Assembly (NCBI GenBank): GCA_965261395.1
Contig: OZ253462.1
Location: 4,992,001-5,056,000 of the forward strand
Reading direction: 5' to 3'
Length of the DNA stretch: 64,000 nt
Source of the DNA: Candidatus Latescibacterota bacterium
Lineage (GTDB): Bacteria; Latescibacterota; UBA2968; UBA8231
Made by a program: the position numbers and the translations under genes. Under the pieces are notes generated by a model, which did no database searches, was not told the origin of the DNA, and was given only the letters and a program-made list of their open reading frames with translations. This document shows positions 39,031 to 46,963 of the stretch, in pieces (positions within the stretch are counted from its first letter, which is position 1; each line of letters opens with the position of its first letter).

Positions 39031-39942
39031 CTACTCAAATTCCTCAGGCGAAAAAAGCGACACTGGATGCGCTAGAAAGAACGCAGCTAGGTCGCCACGG
39101 GCCACGGCCTGTTCCAGCACCGCGATTTCCGCGCCCAACTCGTCGGCAATCCGCGCCCGGACTTCCGCATCCGCCACGGCGTCGTCCAAGTGCCCGACGA
39201 GCTGGTCCAACACCTGCCGACGCACGTTAGGACGCAGCCCACCCTCGGCAAAGCACTCGGCGCAAAAGCGCGACACCTGCGCCTCGTTGACCTCTAGCTC
39301 GGCGCGCCCCAAAGCCAACGCCAAAATGACGCGGTGCAGCACGCCGGCGAAATCCACCTCGACCTGTTCAAGCAAAGCGGCCACCGATGGCTTGGGCAAC
39401 GAGCGCACAAAGGCCACCTTGCCGGTTAGCTCTTGCAGCATCTGGCTGTCGGCGCGCAGGTCGATGGCACTCGGACCGGTCCACGTCTCGGGCACGAGCT
39501 TCGTTAGGGCTGCGACTTTGGGACGCAGATCGGGCCAAAAGCCCAACTCGGGACAGCCGACCAAGGTGCGGGCCTGCTGACGCATCTCTTTCAAGCGCTG
39601 GAAAGCGCGCTCCCAGCCCTGCTTGTAGAGCGCGTCAAACGGGTCGCTGGCCAGCTTGGCGACGGCTGCGTTGAGGTCGCCGCCGCTTTCCTCCTCCAGC
39701 GCCAAGTCCATGCACGCCAAGCTTCGCTCCATGCCTTGGCGCAACTGGTCGCGGCCGAGGGCGATGCCGGTGCGCTGGCGCTGGGCAAAGGCCAGCCCGC
39801 GAACCCGGAGATAGGCCCGCAGCGAATCCATAAAGTGCGGCGGCAGCTGCTCGTATTCGAGGCCCGCGGCGACCACTTGGCCGATGAAACTGCTGCGGTC
39901 GAGTGGAACTTGGTTGAGATCAACGCGCGCTAGCCGATTCAC
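39031..39942 (-). CDS. Hypothetical helical protein
   Basis: GTG start overlapping the upstream stop (GTGA); host-like codon use. Confidence 0.6.
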   Translation of the reverse strand: MNRLARVDLNQVPLDRSSFIGQVVAAGLEYEQLPPHFMDSLRAYLRVRGLAFAQRQRTGIALGRDQLRQGMERSLACMDLALEEESGGDLNAAVAKLASDPFDALYKQGWERAFQRLKEMRQQARTLVGCPELGFWPDLRPKVAALTKLVPETWTGPSAIDLRADSQMLQELTGKVAFVRSLPKPSVAALLEQVEVDFAGVLHRVILALALGRAELEVNEAQVSRFCAECFAEGGLRPNVRRQVLDQLVGHLDDAVADAEVRARIADELGAEIAVLEQAVARGDLAAFFLAHPVSLFSPEEFE

Positions 39943-40706
39943 GAGGCTTCTCCGCCGGCCCGTTCCCAAGCGGCGCGCAGCACCTTTGCCAGCAGCTCGG
40001 GTGCGGCTTGGTGCAAGGCGTGTATGACCTCGGCTACCTCCGGGTCGTTGATCGGCGGCAGCATCACGGCTTGGCCCGATTCCGACAGCAGGCTGAAGGC
40101 CGAAACAGTGCCCCAATCCGGCAGCCCTCCGACTTGGGCGTGCATGTCGATGCTATCGACCTTGTCGAGGAAGGCATCCTCTAGCAGGCTCTGATCCACC
40201 TTGTACAAGAGCGCGGCGCGCTTGTTGGGATCGTCTAGCGCTGCGACCGCTTCGAGCCATTCCCACGACACCTTGGTGCGGTTGCCGTGGTAGTAAATCG
40301 GATCGAGCGTGTCTTCTACGGCGCGCGCAAACGACTCCGCCGACATGGCTTGCAAAAGCGCGGTGTTGAACCTCGCCAGTTTGTACCCGCTGGGGGCGAC
40401 CAACTCGGCGATGATCTCCGACGGCAGCTTATCGACGACAGCGGGCAAGTACCCCGGGCGGCCTTGGTCGTCCATGCCAGTCAGCGAGAGCACCTCCTCG
40501 GGGTTTGCGTCTATGGCCACCAGCGCGGCTTGTTCCTCAACGGCCTGCGCCCTAAGCAGCGCGTGGGCCTCGTCGGCGCGCCCTTCGCGCAGCATCTGGC
40601 GCAAAGAGACATTCTTGGCGATCAATTCTTCCAGATCGCCCGACCACTCCCCTAGCACCACCCGGCCACCCTGCATTTGCAGAGCATCGCTTTCGTGCTG
40701 GGACAT
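39939..40706 (-). CDS. Hypothetical protein
   Basis: AGGAGG RBS; 255-aa ORF. Confidence 0.7.
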   Translation of the reverse strand: MSQHESDALQMQGGRVVLGEWSGDLEELIAKNVSLRQMLREGRADEAHALLRAQAVEEQAALVAIDANPEEVLSLTGMDDQGRPGYLPAVVDKLPSEIIAELVAPSGYKLARFNTALLQAMSAESFARAVEDTLDPIYYHGNRTKVSWEWLEAVAALDDPNKRAALLYKVDQSLLEDAFLDKVDSIDMHAQVGGLPDWGTVSAFSLLSESGQAVMLPPINDPEVAEVIHALHQAAPELLAKVLRAAWERAGGEAS

Positions 40707-40828
40707 CGGTCCTCCTGTATGGAATGATTTGGGAATTGAGGGCGGTCTTAAGGTAGATTAAGCGGTGGGTTGTGTCAATATAAAATTTTATATAACATGT
40801 TATTTATATTATACTTAAAACAATTTTC

Positions 40829-41010
40829 TGGACATTCTCTTTCTTTTTTCGTATATTATATAGCACGATGAGCGCGGGGCTTGTAGCCCGGCGCTTCTTT
40901 TGTATGGGCAAGCGACTTGACGAGAACCGCGCCGATTAGTAGCGCAGTACTAGGTTCTACCCTATATTGTCCCTTGTGCTCCCTCAGCCCCCTTGGGGCC
41001 GGGGTTTTTC
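40829..41010 (+). ncRNA. Candidate structured RNA/leader with promoter (TGGACA-N17-TATATT) and terminator-like hairpin
   Basis: Several nested stems read by eye; GC hairpin followed by TTTTT at about 40981-41009. Confidence 0.3.
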
Positions 41011-41038
41011 ATTCTATTTTCTGTCAGAGAGCGCGCCC

Positions 41039-41806
41039 ATGAATTACGATATCGGCGACTTGCTCAACGGTTGGGAATTCAAGCCCGACGAATTCCTCGC
41101 TCGGCGCATTCGCACCAGTAAGGGCGAGGAAAAACTTCAGATCCGCATCGACATGGGGGTTCTTCAGCTCGAATTGGACGGCCGTCCCGACGGCCAACAA
41201 CCGCACGGCTGCCCCTCACTGCTCGACTACTATCAAGACCTCATCGAATCGCGCGACACCCCGGAAGGCTTCGTCCTAGATGAAGAAGAGTGCGAAGAAC
41301 TTTTCCAAGAGGCCTGGCAGTATTACCACCGCTATTTAAGCCTGTTCAATCTAGAGGACTACGAAGGGGTCGTCGCCGATACCGAGCACACCCTACAGAT
41401 TTTTGAATTGGTCGATCAGTGCGCGCCCAACGACGAGATCCGCTGGTACTTTGAACAGTACTATCCACACGCGATTATGATGCAGACCCGGGCACACGCC
41501 ATGGTAGCCCTGCAAAGCGACGACTATCCAGCGGCCATGCGTGCCGTGGAAGATGGCATTGCCCACATCGAGAGCTTTGTCGAAGAATGGGAATCCGAGC
41601 TAGAAGAGGATTTGCCCGAGATTTCCTTTTTGCGCGAATGGTACGAGGAACTAGAGCAGGAGCGCCCGCTGTCCCAGCGCGAACAATTAGAGCGCGACCT
41701 AGAGGTAGCCGTAGAGGCGGAAAACTTTGAGGAAGCCGCGCGGCTGCGCGACAAGATCCAGACCCTGTGGCCGGGGCCGCAGCACCTCCTCCGCCCCAAG
41801 CGCTGA
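41039..41806 (+). CDS. UvrB/UvrC-motif-containing protein
   Basis: LQIRIDMGVLQLELDGRPDG; C-terminal LEVAVEAENFEEAARLRDKI. Confidence 0.85.
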   Translation: MNYDIGDLLNGWEFKPDEFLARRIRTSKGEEKLQIRIDMGVLQLELDGRPDGQQPHGCPSLLDYYQDLIESRDTPEGFVLDEEECEELFQEAWQYYHRYLSLFNLEDYEGVVADTEHTLQIFELVDQCAPNDEIRWYFEQYYPHAIMMQTRAHAMVALQSDDYPAAMRAVEDGIAHIESFVEEWESELEEDLPEISFLREWYEELEQERPLSQREQLERDLEVAVEAENFEEAARLRDKIQTLWPGPQHLLRPKR

Positions 41807-41819
41807 GCTACACCCCAGC

Positions 41820-42623
41820 TTAACCCAGCCCCAACACGTCTCCCATCGAGTACATCCCCGGCGCGGCCTGCGCTGCAAAACGAGCGGCGCGCAACGCGCC
41901 CAAGGCAAAGGAATCGCGGCTCGTGGCGCGATGCTGCAGTTCGAGGCACTCGCCTGGGGCCGCGAAGAGCACCGAGTGCTCGCCCGCCAAGTCGCCGGCG
42001 CGGATCGCGTGCATGCCAATCTCCTGGCGAGAGCGCTCGCCGACGACGCCCGACCGCCCGTGTACAGCCACCTCGCGCAAGTTGCGGCCCAATCCGGCCG
42101 CGGCCCGCTCGGCCAGCGTCAGCGCCGAGCCGGAGGGCGCATCAACCTTGTGCCGGTGATGCGCCTCAATGATTTCCACATCGTAGTCGTCGCCCAGGAT
42201 CCGGGCCGCCTCTTCGACCAGCTTGAAGAGCACGTTCATGGCCGTGCTAAAATTCGACGCAAACACGCAGGTAATGTCCGCTACCGTCCGCTTGAATTCC
42301 GCTAGCTGATCCGGGTTAAAACCCGTGGTCCCCACCACCATGGGCACCCCGCGCACCGCGCAAAGGGCCGCGTCTTCGAGAGTCGCCTCCGGGGTCGTGA
42401 AATTAATGACGACTTGGTCTGGCTCGACGATGCCCGCCAGCGTGTCGCTGACCGTTAAGTCGAGGCGCCGGGTGCCGACGACTTCGCCGATGTCGCGCCC
42501 CACAGCCTCGTGATCCGGGCGCTCCTTGCCGCCGCATAGCTCCAAATCAGCAGCCGTCAAAACCAAGTGGGCCAGCCGCTGGCCCATGCGCCCGGCTATC
42601 CCGCAAATTACGATTTTGGTCAT
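41820..42623 (-). CDS. dapB: 4-hydroxy-tetrahydrodipicolinate reductase
   Basis: GIAGRMG, GTTG, EAHHRHKVDAPSGSA. Confidence 0.96.
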   Translation of the reverse strand: MTKIVICGIAGRMGQRLAHLVLTAADLELCGGKERPDHEAVGRDIGEVVGTRRLDLTVSDTLAGIVEPDQVVINFTTPEATLEDAALCAVRGVPMVVGTTGFNPDQLAEFKRTVADITCVFASNFSTAMNVLFKLVEEAARILGDDYDVEIIEAHHRHKVDAPSGSALTLAERAAAGLGRNLREVAVHGRSGVVGERSRQEIGMHAIRAGDLAGEHSVLFAAPGECLELQHRATSRDSFALGALRAARFAAQAAPGMYSMGDVLGLG

Positions 42624-42637
42624 CGCTCTAGCCTCGC

Positions 42638-43675
42638 TTAATACGATGGATACACCACGTGCTCGACCAGCGAGTCGTCGTGCAGACGCGCTTCCACATC
42701 CACCCCGAAAAACTCGGCGATCGGCGCCAAGGCCGTTGGGTCGTTGGCGTGTACTCGGCGCGCGGCGGTCAGCACCTTTTGCACGCTCGCGTGCGTCATC
42801 TTGCCCAGCGGCTGCCGCACCGGCCCGGCCGGCATGCCGAGGATATTCATCAGCGTCTTAACCGGCACGGGGTTGCGCGCCTTACACTCGACCGGGCCAT
42901 AAGCACTCTGCTCGGTGGTCGCGACGCCGACGATGCCAAAAAGCGGTGCCAGCTTCTCAGCCAAACTATCAGCCTCGTCCTCTTGGCCCGCGTTGAGCAA
43001 TTCGGTGAGCCGCTGGATGGGCCCCGGAATGACGTTGGACATCACCGAGATGACGCCAGCAGCCCGGATATCCTCGCTCTTCATCATCGCCACGGTCTTG
43101 TCGTCATCCCCCGAGAGGATGGTAAAATCGTCGCCGCAGAGCCGGCGGGTCTTGGCCATGTTGTCCAAGTCGCCGGTCGCCTCTTTGACTTGGGCCACGT
43201 TGGGGTACTGGTGGGCGAGGATGGCCAAATCCTCCACCTGCATCATGCAGCCGGTGCGGCCGGGGATGATGTAGGGGATGACCTGCACCTCGGGAAAAGC
43301 CCGCGCCACCGGCTCGACGTATTCGCGGCGGATCTCCAAGGAGCTGGGCCCATTGTAGTAGGGATCAACCAGCAGCACGGCGTCCGCGCCGATGTGGGCG
43401 GCGTGCTCGCTGCCCGCCAAGGTCTCCTTAGTAGAGTTGCTGCCCGTGCCGGCAATTGATAGGGTGCGGCCTTTGGCCAGCGCGACCGTGCGCTCGATAA
43501 CTTCGTTGTGCTCCTCCCACAGCATAGTCGGGCTTTCGCCGGTCGTGCCGACCGCGAGTACGGCTTGGATATTGTTGGCAATTTGGAATTCCACGAGCTG
43601 CTCCAAGCCGCCGTAGTCAATGCTGCCGTCTGCGTTCATGGGCGTTACTAGGGCCGTACTACAACCTTTGAACAT
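42638..43675 (-). CDS. dapA: 4-hydroxy-tetrahydrodipicolinate synthase
   Basis: TALVTP, GTTGES, PYYN, PGRTG, KEATG; adjacent to dapB. Confidence 0.93.
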   Translation of the reverse strand: MFKGCSTALVTPMNADGSIDYGGLEQLVEFQIANNIQAVLAVGTTGESPTMLWEEHNEVIERTVALAKGRTLSIAGTGSNSTKETLAGSEHAAHIGADAVLLVDPYYNGPSSLEIRREYVEPVARAFPEVQVIPYIIPGRTGCMMQVEDLAILAHQYPNVAQVKEATGDLDNMAKTRRLCGDDFTILSGDDDKTVAMMKSEDIRAAGVISVMSNVIPGPIQRLTELLNAGQEDEADSLAEKLAPLFGIVGVATTEQSAYGPVECKARNPVPVKTLMNILGMPAGPVRQPLGKMTHASVQKVLTAARRVHANDPTALAPIAEFFGVDVEARLHDDSLVEHVVYPSY

Positions 43676-43797
43676 GGTCGCTTTACCTCGCCTTGGCTTG
43701 TCAAAATGGGGTTGATTGGCGATTGTCTTTTTGCCGCGATTGCCGAACATAATACGCCGCCCCAACTTTTGTCAAATGGCTTCATCGAGGAGGAACT

Positions 43798-44973
43798 ATG
43801 CCCGCGACAATCGACATGCGCTATGGATGCAACCCCCACCAAGCAGCGGCCCGCTGCTTTATGGCCGATGGCCGCGCCTTGCCCATCGAGCCGCTCAACG
43901 ACGCCCCTAGCTACATCAACCTCATGGATGCGCTCAACGCTTGGCAGCTCGTCCGCGATCTCAAACATGCTCTCGGCCTACCGGCTGCCGCTTCGTTCAA
44001 ACACGTCTCCCCAGCAGGTGCTGCCGTCGCCGCACCGCTCGACGAGACCCTGAGCGCGTCCTACTTCGTCGCCGACCGCGACCTCAGCCCGCTGGCCACG
44101 GCGTACGCCCGCGCGCGTGGTGCCGACCGCCTCGCTTCCTTTGGCGACTGGATCGCCCTCAGCGACGTGGTCGATTTCTCCACAGCCGATCTCATCCGCG
44201 TCGAGGTCTCCGACGGGATCATCGCCCCCGGCTACGAGCCAGAGGCTCTGGAGATTTTAAAAAAGAAAAAGGGCGGCCAGTATCGCATCCTGCAAATCGA
44301 CCCTGATTACTCGCCCGCCGCGACCGAACAACGCCAGATATTCGGTGTCGGACTCGCACAGCAACGCAACGATTTTATCCCCGACGACGCCTTTTTCCAC
44401 AACATCGTCACGGCCCGGAAGGACTTGTCGGCTAGTGCCCGCCGCGACCTAACGGTGGCAACCATCGCCCTCAAGTACACCCAATCCAACTCGGTGTGCC
44501 TAGCCCGCGACGGCCAAGTCATCGGCACCGGTGCTGGCCAGCAGTCGCGCGTCCACTGCGTGCGCTTGGCCTGCGCCAAGGCCGACAACTGGTATCTGCG
44601 CCTGCACCCCAAAGTCTTAGGCATGAAATTCGCCAAGGGCCTCAAGCGCCCGGAAAAAATCAACGCCATCGACATCTATCTGCAAGACGACGTCACCCCG
44701 GCCGAACTCCGAGCTTGGGAAGCCAACTTCCGCGAGGTACCAGAACGGCTCAGCGCGGAAGAGAAGCGGGAATGGCTGGACCATCTCAAGGGCGTGGCGC
44801 TGAGTTCAGACGCCTTTTTCCCCTTCCGCGACAACATCGACCGGGCACAGCGTTCAGGCGTGGAGTACTTAGTCCAAGCTGGCGGGTCAACGCGGGATGA
44901 TCTGGTAATCGAGGCGGCAGACGAATACGGAATGTTGATGATTAATTCGGGGGTGAGACTTTTTCACCATTGA
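43798..44973 (+). CDS. purH: AICAR formyltransferase (PurH C-terminal domain only)
   Basis: [44 protein letters not shown]; no MGS/IMP-cyclohydrolase N-terminus. Confidence 0.85.
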   Translation: MPATIDMRYGCNPHQAAARCFMADGRALPIEPLNDAPSYINLMDALNAWQLVRDLKHALGLPAAASFKHVSPAGAAVAAPLDETLSASYFVADRDLSPLATAYARARGADRLASFGDWIALSDVVDFSTADLIRVEVSDGIIAPGYEPEALEILKKKKGGQYRILQIDPDYSPAATEQRQIFGVGLAQQRNDFIPDDAFFHNIVTARKDLSASARRDLTVATIALKYTQSNSVCLARDGQVIGTGAGQQSRVHCVRLACAKADNWYLRLHPKVLGMKFAKGLKRPEKINAIDIYLQDDVTPAELRAWEANFREVPERLSAEEKREWLDHLKGVALSSDAFFPFRDNIDRAQRSGVEYLVQAGGSTRDDLVIEAADEYGMLMINSGVRLFHH

Positions 44974-44979
44974 GGGAAT

Positions 44980-45081
44980 ATGTCTATCTTTGCAAAGGAG
45001 AGCACCAAGAGAAATGCTATGACGCGAACAACCTATGAATTACCGATCCTCTGTACATCCGAAGAACTGCTTGGAGATTGA
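44980..45081 (+). pseudogene. C-terminal remnant of a PIN-domain toxin-like gene
   Basis: Ends YELPILCTSEELLGD*, resembling the P.I.TPEEL tail of PIN proteins. Confidence 0.35.
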
Positions 45082-45083
45082 TT

Positions 45084-45266
45084 ATGATGAAACCAATGAA
45101 CGAAAAAGAAACCACGGATGAAATTATCCAAGAGACAAGAAGGATCAAAGAAGCCTTGGCAAAGGCTATGGATTTCGACCTTGATCGCATTCTAGAAGAT
45201 GCAAGGCAGAGGCAAGAAAAAAGCGGCAGGATTGTTCTCTCTCCTCCAATTCGATCATCTATTTGA
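45084..45266 (+). CDS. Small antitoxin-like hypothetical protein
   Basis: DEIIQETRRIKEALAK pattern. Confidence 0.5.
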   Translation: MMKPMNEKETTDEIIQETRRIKEALAKAMDFDLDRILEDARQRQEKSGRIVLSPPIRSSI

Positions 45267-45286
45267 GACTTCTCTAGGGGATTACC

Positions 45287-46381
45287 ATGCTAAAGCGAAT
45301 TCACATTGACAACTACAAGTGCCTCACCAACTTCGATCTGCGTTTCGGAGAACTGACGCTGCTGCTCGGAGCAAATGGATGCGGTAAGTCAGCCGTATTT
45401 GAGGTTGTGGGGAAACTGCGCGACTTCGTTCGCGGCGATGCACGGGTCGATGAATTGTTTCCCGCTGCTGACATCACGCACTGGAGTACAAAGCTTGAGC
45501 AACACTTTGAATTGGAAGTCGCCATACCCGGTGAAGTATGTCTTTACCGGCTTGTAATTGAACACAACTTGGAAAGACGATCCGCACGAGTAATACGCGA
45601 AGAACTCCTGTCCGATGACAAGCCGCTCTTTACTTTTGTAAACGGCGACGTACAGCTTTACCGCGATGATCACAGCGAGGGGCCAAAATACTCTTTCGAT
45701 TGGACGCAATCGGGTCTTGCACCAGTGGCCGAACGGCACGACAATACCCGGTTGTGTGCATTCCGAGATCAAGTCCGCCGTTTTGTGATACTTTTTTTAG
45801 AGACGAGACGCATGAGGAGCGGTTCGGATTCCGATACCGATAGGCTCAGCGACAGCGGTGAAAATTTTGCTTCGTGGTATCAGGGACGCTTACAAGAGAA
45901 TCCGAGCCGGATCTTTGAGGCGATGGATCACCTGCGCGATGTCCTGCCCGGTTTCGTGGAATTGAGACTCGTACAAAAAGGCACTGATTATAGGGAACTG
46001 CAAGCCGAGTTCTTCCCGAAGGATGGAAAAGCAGGTAGTATCTATCGGTTTGACCAACTCTCAGATGGTCAGCGTGCGTTAATAGTGATTCATTTGCTGC
46101 TCTTTGCCGATGACGCTGAGCGCACTTTGTTTTTGGATGAACCAGATAACTATATAACCCTCCCGGAATTGCAACCTTGGCTCGCCGAGTTGGAGGATGG
46201 CTGTGGCGACACTCTGCCGCAGACTATATTGATTTCGCATCACCCAGAAGCGATTGATTTTCTCAGCGACAAGGCGGTCTGGTTGGGGCGTGAACCGGAG
46301 AGTCATACACGCATCTTGGATGTCAAAAATGACACGATGTTAAAAACATCCGAACTCTACGCCCAGGAGCTCGCACCATGA
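45287..46381 (+). CDS. ABC-type AAA ATPase (AAA_15/AAA_21, defence-associated)
   Basis: GANGCGKS, LSDGQR, LDEPDN, ISHHP. Confidence 0.85.
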   Translation: MLKRIHIDNYKCLTNFDLRFGELTLLLGANGCGKSAVFEVVGKLRDFVRGDARVDELFPAADITHWSTKLEQHFELEVAIPGEVCLYRLVIEHNLERRSARVIREELLSDDKPLFTFVNGDVQLYRDDHSEGPKYSFDWTQSGLAPVAERHDNTRLCAFRDQVRRFVILFLETRRMRSGSDSDTDRLSDSGENFASWYQGRLQENPSRIFEAMDHLRDVLPGFVELRLVQKGTDYRELQAEFFPKDGKAGSIYRFDQLSDGQRALIVIHLLLFADDAERTLFLDEPDNYITLPELQPWLAELEDGCGDTLPQTILISHHPEAIDFLSDKAVWLGREPESHTRILDVKNDTMLKTSELYAQELAP

Positions 46382-46638
46382 CGCAAACAAGCGAAAGCCT
46401 GTCTATCACCTTCAAGGACAGCGTTATTCACAGCCGCAAGGACACTATGAGCGGTATGCCTGTTTTCAAAGGAACCCGCGTAGTTGTAAAGAACCTCTTT
46501 GATTATCTAGCATCTGGGTACAGCCTAGACGTTTTCCTAGATGACTTTCCGTCTGTAAGCCGCGAGCAAGCGGTAAGGGCACTTGAAATGGCAAAAGAAG
46601 CTCTGGAGAGTTACGCTTATGAGAGTGCTTCTCGATGA
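46378..46638 (+). CDS. DUF433 antitoxin-like protein
   Basis: GMPVFKGTRV, LDDFPSVSREQ. Confidence 0.88.
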   Translation: MTQTSESLSITFKDSVIHSRKDTMSGMPVFKGTRVVVKNLFDYLASGYSLDVFLDDFPSVSREQAVRALEMAKEALESYAYESASR

Positions 46639-46942
46639 GTCGGTTCCATGGGCATTGAGACACTATTTGCCCGGACGTGAAGTGCGGACAGTCAAATATA
46701 TGGGATGGGACGGCAAGAGTAACGGTGAACTCTTAGATGTGGCGAGGAATGAGTTCGATGTTCTCATTACCGTTGACCAGAGCATCCAATACCAACAGAA
46801 TATCAGCGAAAAGGATGTTGCGGTCATAGTTCTCGCCGCAAAAACAAACGGCATCGATGATTTGAGAGGGCTGGTTCCTGAACTGCTAAACCACTTGGAC
46901 TTCCCGAAACGCGGGCAAGTCATCCGCATCGAAGCACCGTAA
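46619..46942 (+). CDS. DUF5615 PIN-like toxin
   Basis: MRVLLDESVP, GWDGKSNGELL, LITVDQ, YQQN. Confidence 0.85.
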   Translation: MRVLLDESVPWALRHYLPGREVRTVKYMGWDGKSNGELLDVARNEFDVLITVDQSIQYQQNISEKDVAVIVLAAKTNGIDDLRGLVPELLNHLDFPKRGQVIRIEAP

Positions 46943-46963
46943 CATGGCTCCCCGCTTATTGAT

